A stretch of 64,000 bases of DNA from an uncultured delta proteobacterium (GCA_963755715.1 CAVWLW010000038.1:32001-96000), one strand, 5' to 3'; shown: positions 22,205 through 32,516, counted from the first letter of the stretch. Numbers and translations are program-made. Notes: generated by a model from the sequence alone, not told the origin.

Positions 22205-22438
22205 TGCTTTATCGGCGCTCAGAAGATTACTGCCTCGGACCAAGCCGGCAAGGAGAATGGAATCTTTTCCTTGGACAATTCGGCGAGGATGTTGAAGCCT
22301 TCTGCTTGAGCCTCGAGCACGGTCCTATCGATCCGCGCTCAACACAGCGGACGAATCCCCATATTGCAGCGATGAACGACATGACCAATTTGTGCATCGC
22401 TCGCGTGCGGCCTAAAAGATTGAACGAATTCGTTCAAG

Positions 22439-23215
22439 CTATTTCTGAAACTGCTCTTTGGGAAAATTCGCCGTCGCCATCACGCCGCCGTCGACCACCA
22501 AGGGATGACCGTAAATGAAATCGGAATCGTCGCTGACCAGAAACAACGCGGCTTTCGCTTGGTCATCCGCGGTGCCCAAACGGCCCGCGAGATTTTCAAA
22601 GGTGCGACTGCCGGCCACGTCGTCGTCGAAACCCACCGGCGAGCCCGAACGGTTCGGCACGACGCAGTTGACGCGGATCTTGTACGGCGCGAGCTGGACC
22701 GCGAGGGCGCGCGTCATGTTGATGACGCCGGCCTTGGCCGCAGCATAGGCGATGCCGTCGAAGCGCCCGATCATGCCCGAGGTCGAACCAAAATTTACGA
22801 TCTTTCCGCCGCGCCCTTGTTGGCGCATTTGCTCCGCGACATACTTGGTGACGAGGTACGGGCCTTTGAGGCTGACCGCGATGACTTTGTCGAATTCCTC
22901 CTCGGTGCTGTCGAAAATATTCGCGTGATCGGTCAGCGCTGCATTGTTGACGAGAATGTCGATGGCGCCGAATTTCGCGACGACCTTTTTGACCATCTCA
23001 CGCACATCGCTCGATTTGGCAACATCGCCAAGAACCACCATCGCATCCTGGCCCGATTTGTTGATTTCATCGACGACCGCCTGCCCGCGCCCTTCATGCA
23101 TTTCCGCTACAGCAATCTTTGCGCCTTCCGAAGCAAACAGTTTGGCCATCGCCTTGCCGATGTTTCTTCCCGCGCCGGTGATCATCGCAACTTGTCCTTT
23201 GAGTTTCATTGCCAC
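22439..23215 (-). CDS. SDR family oxidoreductase (FabG-like)
   Basis: TGAGRNIG, NNAA, YAAAK catalytic motif. Confidence 0.92.
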   Translation of the reverse strand: MAMKLKGQVAMITGAGRNIGKAMAKLFASEGAKIAVAEMHEGRGQAVVDEINKSGQDAMVVLGDVAKSSDVREMVKKVVAKFGAIDILVNNAALTDHANIFDSTEEEFDKVIAVSLKGPYLVTKYVAEQMRQQGRGGKIVNFGSTSGMIGRFDGIAYAAAKAGVINMTRALAVQLAPYKIRVNCVVPNRSGSPVGFDDDVAGSRTFENLAGRLGTADDQAKAALFLVSDDSDFIYGHPLVVDGGVMATANFPKEQFQK

Positions 23216-23303
23216 AATTCCTTTCCTTGAATCGTTTTTCGTAGAACCTCTGGAGTAGCTGCTGGCGCAGGTTGGCCCCGCTTGTGCGCTGGGATCATCT
23301 CGC

Positions 23304-23852
23304 TCAAATCTTGAGATCTTCCGGAGGAGTGAACGTGTAGACGTCGAAAGTATTCAGCGTGCAGGCCAACATCGCATAATAACCGATTGTGGCGGCGAGC
23401 TCGACCATGCCCTTTTCGCCGAAGCGGCCGTAGATCGCCTGAAACGTCGCCTCGCTAACCCGATGCGTGTGAATCATCTCGCGCACGAAGCTCACGATCG
23501 CTGCCTCTTCGGAAGAAAAACTCTCCGTGCCTTTTTTCTGATAAACGGCGCGAATGGTTTCCATCGGAATACCGGCTTTCTCTCCGTGCATAATATGCGC
23601 CGCCCATTCGTGTTTGCATTCCAGCTCCCGCGCCGACACCAACGCCGTAAACTCGATGACTTTGTGATCTAAACTGGATTCGAAACGGATATAGCTCCCC
23701 AGATGCGCCGTGCGCGCCGCCAGCTCCGGGCTGTGCAACAGCGCCAGCCACGGCCCGCCGACGACGCCGCGGCTCTGCGCAATGGTGTCATAAACTTTCT
23801 GATGCTCCGGCGCCAGGTCTTCTTTTTTTGTGATAGTTGCGATGCGTGCCAT
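23304..23852 (-). CDS. carboxymuconolactone decarboxylase (CMD/AhpD-like) family protein
   Basis: GPWLALLHSPELA, HEWAAH, VELAATIGYY. Confidence 0.85.
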   Translation of the reverse strand: MARIATITKKEDLAPEHQKVYDTIAQSRGVVGGPWLALLHSPELAARTAHLGSYIRFESSLDHKVIEFTALVSARELECKHEWAAHIMHGEKAGIPMETIRAVYQKKGTESFSSEEAAIVSFVREMIHTHRVSEATFQAIYGRFGEKGMVELAATIGYYAMLACTLNTFDVYTFTPPEDLKI

Positions 23853-23868
23853 TCTTCCTCCGTTTAAA

Positions 23869-24998
23869 TCAAGTCAGTTTTTCTTTGAGCCATCGAGTCA
23901 CAATGTCAATGACTTCATCGTTCGATTGACCTTTCTTGCGACCCATGTGGCCGGCGCCCGCGATAATGCGCAGTTCTTTCGGGCTGCCGTGCTCCGCGAG
24001 CAGATAAAGATCGCTGATCGGATGCTGATCGTCTTCCTTGCCGTTGATGCAGAGAAGCGGCGCGCAAGGTTGATCGATCAGGCCTTGCGTCACCAAGGAT
24101 AAAGTCGGCGCGATCCTAAGCGTTTCTTCCAGCGTCTTGACGCCGAAGATGTAAGAGCGCGCATCGAGCAGACTCGCCGGCCCCATGAGATATTGCGATG
24201 CAGTTAGAGTCAAAGCCGGGCGCAGCCACTCTTCTTGAAAGGTCCGATGCACGCCGGCGCCCCAGTTTACGGCGCCACGCAACCGCTTGGGCTCAGTATG
24301 CGCCAGCTTTGCCGCCCAATAGCCACCGAAGCTGCCGCCCATGCAGGCGATCCGCTTGCCGTCGATATCGGCGCGGCTTTCGAGATAGTCCATCGCCGCG
24401 GAAAAAGTTCGCTCCGCCCTCGGATCGCCGCCAAGACAAGGGTTTTCCCCGGCGCCCGGCATGTCGATGGTAAAACAGGCAAGGCCATTTTTGAGCAAGA
24501 CGTCATTGTTGGTGCGCCGATCTTCTTTCCAGCCGTCGACGCCGCCCCAGTGCATCACGACCGGCGGGTCGATTGATGCCTTTCGGCACCTGCAAATAGC
24601 CGACGACTTTCTTTCCCTCGAAAGGGATTTCGATCCGCTCCAGCGGCGGGTCCATCGTTGGCGCCGCCTTGAGAAAAGTCCGCAGCGCGCCTTTGTAGCA
24701 GTTCATTTTTTCCGGGCTGCTCGGCACCGGGTAGCGGCCGATGCGGTAATACTCGTACGCCAAATAATAAGTTTCGCCGGCGTCTTTTTTCTTGTCCTTG
24801 TTTTTCTTGCTCCTCGCCAAGCGCTTCATATTTAAGCCCGACTTTGCCCCACTCCCGGCCCCAGAGATCGGCATCGAGGCTGGTGAGGTTTCTCACCACC
24901 TGCTCGACGTCTTCTTTTTTTACCCGTTCGAAAGGATTGATCCGCCCGGCGCGATGTAAAATATCGGCTTTGATTTCTTCGAGAGTTTTTTCGGCCAT
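23869..24998 (-). CDS. second alpha/beta hydrolase, paralog of 16802..17897 (two frameshifts near 24790 and 24560)
   Basis: MAEKTLEEIK start, YRIGRYP, GGVDGWK, DMPGAGE, GGSFGG, GHMG. Confidence 0.85.
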
Positions 24999-25012
24999 GC
25001 CAAGAACTCCCC

Positions 25013-25993
25013 TTACGATTTCGCGCCCGGCTCATTGGCCAATGCTTTGAGCGCCGTCTTGTAGAAGCGATCGTCGATAAATTGCTCCGGTTTGAAGTTC
25101 GGCTTCTCTTTCAATACGGCAAATTCCAATTCGGCGCGCTTGTAGAGGCCCTCTGGACTGAGGCTGGGAATATAGGCATCGCGCATCAAATCGTAAAGCG
25201 AAGCCGCGATCTCGCGCTGATCCAATCGGCCGTTCTTCATGATGATATCGATACTGCCCTCGCGGTTGGCGCGAATCCAATAGAGCGCTTTCATCACCGC
25301 TTTCACCATCCGCTCCGTCATATCGGGTTCTGCTTGGACATGCTTGGCCATCGCCTGCAAAGCGCTGAATGGAACGTTTTTAAACTCATCGCCTAGATAA
25401 ACCAGCCGCTTCATGCCGGCCTTGAGTAGCGGCCGGTCCGTCGGCGGCGCCATCAGCGCCGCGGCCGCTCGGCCTTGCATGAGCGCGATCGCCTTGCCTT
25501 CGTTATCGGGAATATTCAAATACTCGGCGAATTTTTCGCCGTAGCCATATTTGGCAAACAGCGCCTGAAGCACGCTGTAGGTCGAGCCGCCGAAAGTCAC
25601 GGCGATTTTTTGTCCCTTGAGATCTTCCAGCCGTTTGATCTCCGGCCGGGTAATCAAGCCGAACGGAATCTGATTGAAGATTTGCAAGAGCACACGAATC
25701 TGCTCGCCCTTGAACATCGCCTGCATGGACGGCCCGAAAGCAGATGAATAGTGGACGCTACCCGAAAGCAGCGCCTGCACATTCATCGCGTTGCCGCGCA
25801 GCACGACGATGTTGACGTTGGTCAGACCCATTTCGTCGTAGAATTTTTTTTCTTTGGCGACGACGTAGGCCAAGTGCTGGATATTGCCCGGCCCCGGCAA
25901 GGAGACGTAGATAGGCTTACTGACTTGCGCACCGAGCGGAGAAGCAAAGCAGGCAACCATCATCGTGAAGGCGAAGAAATTCAAGCGCTTCAT
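25013..25993 (-). CDS. ABC transporter substrate-binding protein, NMT1/SsuA family
   Basis: Start MKRLNFF with GGAGA RBS; signal peptide; EDLKGQKIAV. Confidence 0.85.
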   Translation of the reverse strand: MKRLNFFAFTMMVACFASPLGAQVSKPIYVSLPGPGNIQHLAYVVAKEKKFYDEMGLTNVNIVVLRGNAMNVQALLSGSVHYSSAFGPSMQAMFKGEQIRVLLQIFNQIPFGLITRPEIKRLEDLKGQKIAVTFGGSTYSVLQALFAKYGYGEKFAEYLNIPDNEGKAIALMQGRAAAALMAPPTDRPLLKAGMKRLVYLGDEFKNVPFSALQAMAKHVQAEPDMTERMVKAVMKALYWIRANREGSIDIIMKNGRLDQREIAASLYDLMRDAYIPSLSPEGLYKRAELEFAVLKEKPNFKPEQFIDDRFYKTALKALANEPGAKS

Positions 25994-26052
25994 AGAAACT
26001 TCTCCTGATAATTTGCCGCTGAGCCTGGACCGAGTTAACAGAAAGAGCGCGA

Positions 26053-27123
26053 CTAGCGCAAGCCCCGCAGGCGCGGATCGAGAACCTCGCGCAGCCCTTC
26101 GCCGACGAGGTAGTAGGCAAGCACGGTAATGAAGATCGCAAAGCCGGGAAACACCGCGAGCCACCAGGCAAAGGTGGTCGTGCTCCCCTCTTGCAGAATG
26201 GAGCCCCAGGTCACCAGTTCCGCGGGCACGCCGATGCCCAGAAAGCTCAGGCTCGATTCGACCAGAATCGCCCCGCCGATGCCGAACACCACCGAGACGA
26301 TGACGGGCGCCAGCGCGTTGGGAAGAATATGCTTGAACATCACTTTGCGATCGGAAACGCCGAGCGCGACCGCCGCCGTGACGTAATCCAGATTTCGGAT
26401 CCTGAGAAATTCGTTGCGCGTAAAGCGCGCCATGCCGACCCAACTGGTCACGCCGATGATCAGCATGGTCAAGTAGAGGCTCGGCGGCAACAGCGCCGCG
26501 ATCGTGATCAGCAAAAAGAAGGTCGGAATCGAAAGCATGATCTCGAAGATCCGCGAAATCACCAGGTCGATCCACGAACCGAAATAGCCGGCGATCGCGC
26601 CGAGGACAACACCGATCAACAGCGCGATGCCGACCGCGACAAAACCGATGGAGAGAGAAATGCGCGAGCCGTGGATCATGCCGGCAGCCACGTCGCGGCC
26701 CAACTTATCGGTACCGAACAGATGTTTTGCCGACGGCGGTTCCAGCGGTTCGAGCAAATTGATGTTACTCGGCCGATAGGGAATCGGCGGATACAACGCT
26801 TTCGCACCTTCGAGCTTTTTGAAATCGACGTTGAGCAGTTCCGCCGGCCACTGCCCCAGCTTGGCGCCGACGAGATAGCTGCGCAGGATGGGGAAATAGC
26901 TTTTGCCCTTGTAATTCAGGTAGTACGGTTTGTCGTTGGCGATAAAATCCGCGAACAGCGCCATGAATACGAGCAGGCAGACGACATAGAACCCGGCGAG
27001 CGCGATCGGATTGTGTTTGAAGCGCCTCCAGACATCCGACCAGAGTCCCTCGGCGACGTTGGCGTCTGCCGCGCCGGCCGGCTTCTCTGTGGCTTGGAGT
27101 TGAACTGTCGATGAGCGGCTCAT
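26053..27123 (-). CDS. dppC: peptide ABC transporter permease C
   Basis: HLFGTDKLGRDV, HILPNALAP, ESSLSFLGIG, VGEGLREVLDPR. Confidence 0.92.
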   Translation of the reverse strand: MSRSSTVQLQATEKPAGAADANVAEGLWSDVWRRFKHNPIALAGFYVVCLLVFMALFADFIANDKPYYLNYKGKSYFPILRSYLVGAKLGQWPAELLNVDFKKLEGAKALYPPIPYRPSNINLLEPLEPPSAKHLFGTDKLGRDVAAGMIHGSRISLSIGFVAVGIALLIGVVLGAIAGYFGSWIDLVISRIFEIMLSIPTFFLLITIAALLPPSLYLTMLIIGVTSWVGMARFTRNEFLRIRNLDYVTAAVALGVSDRKVMFKHILPNALAPVIVSVVFGIGGAILVESSLSFLGIGVPAELVTWGSILQEGSTTTFAWWLAVFPGFAIFITVLAYYLVGEGLREVLDPRLRGLR

Positions 27124-28151
27124 TGCTGCCGTCGGCCGAAGGCGATGCGCGGATCCACGACGGCGAGCAGCAGATCGGAAAGCAGAATGCCGATCAGAGT
27201 CAGCACCGCGGTCACGGTAAACAATGCCAGCACGGTCGGATAATCCCGCGCCAGTACCGACTCGAAACCCAACTGCCCCAGACCCGGTATGGAAAAGATG
27301 GTTTCAATGATGACGCTGCCGCCGATCAGTCCGGGAAGAATGTCGGCCAGGAGCGTAACCTGAGGAATCAAGGAGTTGCGCAGCGCATGCTTGAAGATAA
27401 CGACCTTTTCCTCCAGTCCCTTCGCCCGCGCCACCTGCACGTAATCTTGCCGGAGCACTTCCAGCATGCTCGAGCGCATGTAGCGGGATAAGGCGGCGAA
27501 TCCGCTGTACGACAACAAAACGACAGGCAGGAACAAATGCCAGGCGTGATCCTGGATTTTTTTCCACAGCGGCCACTGCTCGGAGAAATCCAGCGACTCC
27601 ACGCCGCCCGGCGGAAACAGGTAATAAAAATCGCCGCCGCAGATAAATACGATCGCCATCGTCGCAGCCCACACCAGGGGCACGGCGAAAAGCCCAAAGG
27701 CGACGACCGTCGTGATTTGGTCACCCGACGAATTGGCGTGGGTCGCGGAATAAACGCCCAGTGGAATGGCGACTAGGTAGACGACGAGAATCGACCAGAC
27801 ATTCAATTTGATCGTCACCGAAAGCCGTTCGGCGATCTTATCCCAAACCGGCTGGCTGTCCTTGAAGGAATCGCCGAATTTGAGCGTGAAGAGATTCTGC
27901 AACCAGACGAGGTACTGAACGTGCAGCGGTTTGTCGAGGCCATACTGCGCGCGCCACTGGGCCATCGCCTCGTCGACGGCGCCGCGCTTTTCAAGGGAAA
28001 TACCGGCGCCGCCGGCCGCGCCGAGTCCTCCCGCTGCGCGCAGCTCGGCGGGATCGCCGGGCGCCAGGCGCATGATCAGAAAGCCGATCAAGGTAATGCC
28101 GATGAACGTCGGGATCATCAGCAGCAGACGTTGCGCCAAGTAGCTTGTCAT
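27120..28151 (-). CDS. dppB: peptide ABC transporter permease B
   Basis: LAPGDP, QDYVQVARAKGL, HALRNSLIP, IETIFSIPGLG, VDPRI. Confidence 0.92.
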   Translation of the reverse strand: MTSYLAQRLLLMIPTFIGITLIGFLIMRLAPGDPAELRAAGGLGAAGGAGISLEKRGAVDEAMAQWRAQYGLDKPLHVQYLVWLQNLFTLKFGDSFKDSQPVWDKIAERLSVTIKLNVWSILVVYLVAIPLGVYSATHANSSGDQITTVVAFGLFAVPLVWAATMAIVFICGGDFYYLFPPGGVESLDFSEQWPLWKKIQDHAWHLFLPVVLLSYSGFAALSRYMRSSMLEVLRQDYVQVARAKGLEEKVVIFKHALRNSLIPQVTLLADILPGLIGGSVIIETIFSIPGLGQLGFESVLARDYPTVLALFTVTAVLTLIGILLSDLLLAVVDPRIAFGRRQQ

Positions 28152-28162
28152 GATCGCTCGAA

Positions 28163-29932
28163 TTATTGGGCGCTTGCCACGCTGGTGTATCTCTGCCGCC
28201 CCACGGGGACCCACCAGTCGATGGGACGAAGACCGTCCGGAAAAACCTCGACACCTTCGAAGCGGCGCTGCAATGCAGAGGCGCGCTTGCCGACGTAGAG
28301 AAACGTGTAGGGCTGCTCGTCGTTCAAGATCTCCTGGAATTCCTTGTAGAGCTGAATGCGTTTCTGCGGGTCGAACTCGCGCCGGTAGGTCTCCAATATT
28401 TCATCCACGCGCGCGTTCTTGTAACTGATCGCGTTGGAGCCTTTGTTGGCCGCCTGAGAGGAATGCCAGATCTGATACATGTCGGGCTCCGTGGTCTGCA
28501 TCTGCCAGCCCAGCACGACGGCGTCGAATTGATGATTCTTTACGTCGTTTAAAAAAATCGTCCAGTCGAGCTCGCGCACGCGCGCGTCGATGCCGCGCTT
28601 GCGAAGCTCCTCCACCAGCACCAGAGCGACACTCTTGCGCACGGCGTTGCCCGAGTTGACCTTGATCTCGAAACGCAGCGGCGTCTTTTTCCCGTCGATG
28701 ACTTTGTCGAGCACGCCGTCGCCGTCGGTGTCCTGCCAACCCGCTTCATGGAGCAAAGCCAGCGCTTTCTGCGGGTCGAAAGGATAGCTTTTTAGATCCT
28801 TGTCGTACTCGGGCCGGAAAAAATAAATCGTGCTGTCGACCACTTCGCCGAGACCGAAGAGCACGCTTTGGACGATCAGCTTGCGATCGGTCAGGTAGGT
28901 CATCGCCTGGCGAACTCTTTTGTCGCGGAAAATCGGAAGGTCGTTGTTCCAGCCGATGTAGGTGTAGGTCGGCGCGTAGTATTCGTATTTTTTGAACTCG
29001 CGCTTGAAGCGCTCGCTGTTGGTGCCGCGCACCACCTGCACCGGAGTTAAGACTTCCATGTAATCGAGGCCGCCGCTTTTGAGCAGGGTCAGCGCCGCGT
29101 CCATATTGTTCACGATGCGAAACTTCAGCCGATCGAGGTGCGGCTGATCGATGCCTTCTTTGCCGTTGCCCCAGTAGTTTGGGTCGCGCGCGAGCTCGAT
29201 CTCGCGGCCGGTTTTCCAGTGGCTGAACTTGTACGGGCCGGAGCCGAGCGGGTTGCGGTTGAAGTTTCGATTGAATTGCTCGCCGAATTTTTTCGCTTCG
29301 GCCGGCAGTTTCGCCGGGTCCTGGGCGAGCTGTCGCACGCTGATCCGCTGCAAGAGATTTTCCGGATCGTAGTAATGGCGCGGCAGCAGGGTGATGCCGC
29401 CGAGCACGCTCTCGTTGAGAAAATAGGGCTCCTTGGTAACAAAACGAATCGTGTACGGATCGACCAGCTCGGCGTCGATCAAGGAATTGAAATAGACGCG
29501 CAGAAACGGCGCATTGACAAACGGACATTTGATCGCCTTGACGCTGAAAAGCACATCCTCCCCAGTGACCGGCCGGCCGTCCTGGAAGCGCGCATCCTGG
29601 CGAATCTTGAAAGTGTAAATGAGCTTGTCCTGAGATATTTCGGGCCGCGCCGCCGCAACCGCGGGTTTCAGCTCCAAGGTTTTTGGATTGCGCGTCAGCA
29701 GAGTCTCAAAGACGTAGTTCAGCACTTCGCTGGACGAAGCGTCGCTGCTGGTCAGCGGATTGAGCAGCTCCGGGTCGCTGAGGCTGTGGATCACCAGCCA
29801 GTCTCCCGTCACCGGCTTGCCCACTTCTTTTTGCTCCGGCGGCGGCGCGTCGGATACTTTGACTTCGGTTTTATCGCCGCATCCGGTGAGCAAGAGCAGC
29901 GCAAGCGTGAACCGCCAAACCTTCGGGAGCAT
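28163..29932 (-). CDS. dppA: peptide ABC transporter substrate-binding lipoprotein (SBP family 5)
   Basis: Lipobox LLTGC, FQDGRPVTGEDV, GSGPYKF, DKRVRQAM. Confidence 0.9.
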   Translation of the reverse strand: MLPKVWRFTLALLLLTGCGDKTEVKVSDAPPPEQKEVGKPVTGDWLVIHSLSDPELLNPLTSSDASSSEVLNYVFETLLTRNPKTLELKPAVAAARPEISQDKLIYTFKIRQDARFQDGRPVTGEDVLFSVKAIKCPFVNAPFLRVYFNSLIDAELVDPYTIRFVTKEPYFLNESVLGGITLLPRHYYDPENLLQRISVRQLAQDPAKLPAEAKKFGEQFNRNFNRNPLGSGPYKFSHWKTGREIELARDPNYWGNGKEGIDQPHLDRLKFRIVNNMDAALTLLKSGGLDYMEVLTPVQVVRGTNSERFKREFKKYEYYAPTYTYIGWNNDLPIFRDKRVRQAMTYLTDRKLIVQSVLFGLGEVVDSTIYFFRPEYDKDLKSYPFDPQKALALLHEAGWQDTDGDGVLDKVIDGKKTPLRFEIKVNSGNAVRKSVALVLVEELRKRGIDARVRELDWTIFLNDVKNHQFDAVVLGWQMQTTEPDMYQIWHSSQAANKGSNAISYKNARVDEILETYRREFDPQKRIQLYKEFQEILNDEQPYTFLYVGKRASALQRRFEGVEVFPDGLRPIDWWVPVGRQRYTSVASAQ

Positions 29933-29934
29933 CG

Positions 29935-30756
29935 TCAACTCCCCACCGCTTCGATCGGCACTTCCTGCGCGTTGGCGGGTTTTTGCTGCGAGAAAAGCTC
30001 GGCTGGAATCGAGCCGTTGACTTCCGGCTCTTGGTAGCGAATATCGACTTTCTTTTTTTGTAGGGGGGCTTCGAAGACGATGCGCTGGGCAAACAGCCCG
30101 GCCGCCGTCGAAACGTAATTGCTGAACTGAGCGCTCAGCTCGACTTTGCCCTCGGCGTTGAAACGCTCCCATTTGCTCGGCACCGGTTGTTGCGAGTCAA
30201 ACGTCAACGCATCGCGCTTGCGCCCGTTCTGAGCAAAGATCAGCGTGTTGCCGTCGAGGCTCGGTGTCGCGTTGACGTCGACCGGCGGCAAGCCGCTCAG
30301 CAACGTGGTGATCTCTTTGAGCTCGAGCGAGATCTGCGTATAGCGGCGCAAATTTTCTTTCGTGGGCGAGCCGCGCACGAACACCCCCTCGCGCGGATGC
30401 AAGCCGATAATTTCTTTATCGTTGGCCGTAACGATCAGGATCGCGCCCAAAAAAGTCAGCGTCTCCAAACGCAACCGATCGGGCCGCTGTATGAGAACAG
30501 CTTCTTGAAAGCCGTGTTTGCCTTCCGGTCCGGCATAATCGATCTGCGCGAGCGCGCGCAGAGAGCGGAACTGGCGGTCGCGTTGGGTGATCGACTCGAT
30601 CAGTTTGCCCGCTTCCCAGACCGGCGCGGGCAGCTTACTTTCCGGCGGCGGCGTCACCGTCGCGCAACCGAACAGCGCGAAGGCGACGGCCGTAAGAATC
30701 AGAATTTTAAACGAGGTAACCGAGGCAACGCCGGCGCGCCGATGGACCAGGGTCAA
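29935..30756 (-). CDS. LolB-like/DUF4292 outer-membrane lipoprotein
   Basis: Lipobox LFGC, RPDRLRLE motif, LolA/LolB-type C-terminus; downstream of a TPR gene. Confidence 0.7.
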   Translation of the reverse strand: MTLVHRRAGVASVTSFKILILTAVAFALFGCATVTPPPESKLPAPVWEAGKLIESITQRDRQFRSLRALAQIDYAGPEGKHGFQEAVLIQRPDRLRLETLTFLGAILIVTANDKEIIGLHPREGVFVRGSPTKENLRRYTQISLELKEITTLLSGLPPVDVNATPSLDGNTLIFAQNGRKRDALTFDSQQPVPSKWERFNAEGKVELSAQFSNYVSTAAGLFAQRIVFEAPLQKKKVDIRYQEPEVNGSIPAELFSQQKPANAQEVPIEAVGS

Positions 30757-32516
30757 ATCTTTTTCTCCAGGCGCTGGATTTTATCGCGGAGGCGCTTGAT
30801 CTGCTCGTTTTCTTTGGTGCGCTTGAGCGCCTCTCGGTAGCGGGCCAAGGCGCGATCGCCCCTGCCGCTTTTTTCATAGGCGTCGGCGAGGTGTTCGATA
30901 ATGGTCGGATCGTCGACCGTGATCTCGACCGCCCGTTCCAACTGTTCGACGGCCTTCGGATAATCGCCCTTTTGATAATAAACCCAACCCAGGCTGTCGA
31001 TGTAAAAGCCATCGTCGGGCTGGATCTTAAGAGCGCGCTGGATCATATCTTCCGCGTCATCGAGCTGCACGCCCATCTCGGCCCAGGTATAGCCGAGATA
31101 ATTGAGCGCAGCGGCATTTTTCGGATTGAGCTCGATGGCTTTTTTCATGCTCGCGACGGATTTTTCCTTATTTTTGTTTTCGTCGTAAAGCGCGCCGAGC
31201 TGAAAATGGGCCTCATCGTTCTTGGGATCCAAGGTGACGACCTTTTCCATTGCTTGGATCGCTTTCGGATATTCCTTGGTCTTGCGGTAAAGCGAGCTCA
31301 GAAAGGCATAGATTTCCTTGCGATCGTTACGCTTCGCGGCCACCGCTTGGACCAGCTCGATCGCCTTTTGCGTCTCTTCTTTACGATCGTAAAGATAGGC
31401 GGCCTGCACGCGCGAATCGACGTAAAGCTCGCTTTTTTCCGAGACGCGCTCGAAAGCTTCCAGAGCCTTATCGTCGGCCTTCATCTCGATATAGGTCGCG
31501 CCCAAATAGTAGCGCGCCCGATCGTTATCCGGATCGCCGGCCAAAACCAGATTGAATTCCGTCGCAGCGCGCTCAAAATCGCCTTTTTCAAACGAGATCA
31601 GGCCGATTTTAATCCGCGTCTCGCGCGGATCGCTTTCGCTGCCTTGCAGCGTCTCGAATTGACGCAGCGCCTCGTCGAGCTTGTTCTGGCCGACGTAAAG
31701 CTCGCCCAAGCGCCGGCGCGCCCAGGCGTTTTGGGCGTTGACCTGTAAAAGCCGCTGATAGGTTTGGATCGCGTCTTCGGTTTTGCTTTCGAGTTCATAG
31801 ACGAGCGCCAGATCCAGTAGGACCGCCTCTGATTTGGGATTGAGCTCCAGGGCCTTGCGGTAGCTTTGCTCGGCGGCGAGATAAAGTTTGCTCTTGGCGC
31901 GCACTCGACCCAGATAGTAGTAACCGAGCGCCGAATTGGGATCAGCCTTGAGCAATTCTTCCAATCTTTGGCCGGCGCGCGCCAAATCATCGACCTGCAA
32001 GTAGAGCGCGCCGAGATAAAGGAGCGCTTCCTGATTTGCCGGGTCGAGTTGCAAAACTTCATTGTATTCGGCAATACCTTTTTGGTTTTCGTTAAGCGAT
32101 GAGTAGAGCCCGGCCAAAAGCAGGTGGTGATCCACGCTCTTGGGCTCCAGCCGAACCGCCGTTTCGGCCTCGACTAGCGCTTTTTTTAAATCTCCTTTGC
32201 GCAGATAAAGCGAGGCCAAGCGGAAATGAAGAAAGGCATCGTTGGGCTCGGCCGCAACCGCCGCTTCAAACTCTTTTAGCGCCGGATCGAAGTCGCCTTC
32301 GCCGAGCAGAGCATAACCTTTGAGGAAATGACTGAAGGCTTGGGCCTCGGACGAAATCTCGGTTTTACGCTGGTTGCGAAAAGGCGCTTCAGGCGACCAA
32401 GCTAAACCTTCGGGGGGCGGTTTCAGCTCGGGTACCGCCGCGGCGCAACCGGACAGAATCAAAAGCGAAATAGCCGTCCGAAGAGAGCGAGTACCCATTG
32501 ACTGAAGGGTTAACAT
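30753..32516 (-). CDS. tetratricopeptide repeat lipoprotein
   Basis: Lipobox LSGC, many TPRs, ALNYLGYTWAE/DSLGWVYY/EHLADAY C-terminal motif. Confidence 0.9.
   Translation of the reverse strand: MLTLQSMGTRSLRTAISLLILSGCAAAVPELKPPPEGLAWSPEAPFRNQRKTEISSEAQAFSHFLKGYALLGEGDFDPALKEFEAAVAAEPNDAFLHFRLASLYLRKGDLKKALVEAETAVRLEPKSVDHHLLLAGLYSSLNENQKGIAEYNEVLQLDPANQEALLYLGALYLQVDDLARAGQRLEELLKADPNSALGYYYLGRVRAKSKLYLAAEQSYRKALELNPKSEAVLLDLALVYELESKTEDAIQTYQRLLQVNAQNAWARRRLGELYVGQNKLDEALRQFETLQGSESDPRETRIKIGLISFEKGDFERAATEFNLVLAGDPDNDRARYYLGATYIEMKADDKALEAFERVSEKSELYVDSRVQAAYLYDRKEETQKAIELVQAVAAKRNDRKEIYAFLSSLYRKTKEYPKAIQAMEKVVTLDPKNDEAHFQLGALYDENKNKEKSVASMKKAIELNPKNAAALNYLGYTWAEMGVQLDDAEDMIQRALKIQPDDGFYIDSLGWVYYQKGDYPKAVEQLERAVEITVDDPTIIEHLADAYEKSGRGDRALARYREALKRTKENEQIKRLRDKIQRLEKKI

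Noticed and set aside
25994-26575. N-terminal ~194 aa of the 520-aa ORF suggesting a fusion protein
   Set aside because: Alternate frame overlapping dppC; the real start is at 25993 with RBS and signal peptide.
29933-30172. N-terminal extension of DppA in the ORF track
   Set aside because: Overlaps the lolB-like gene; lipoprotein signal begins at 29932.
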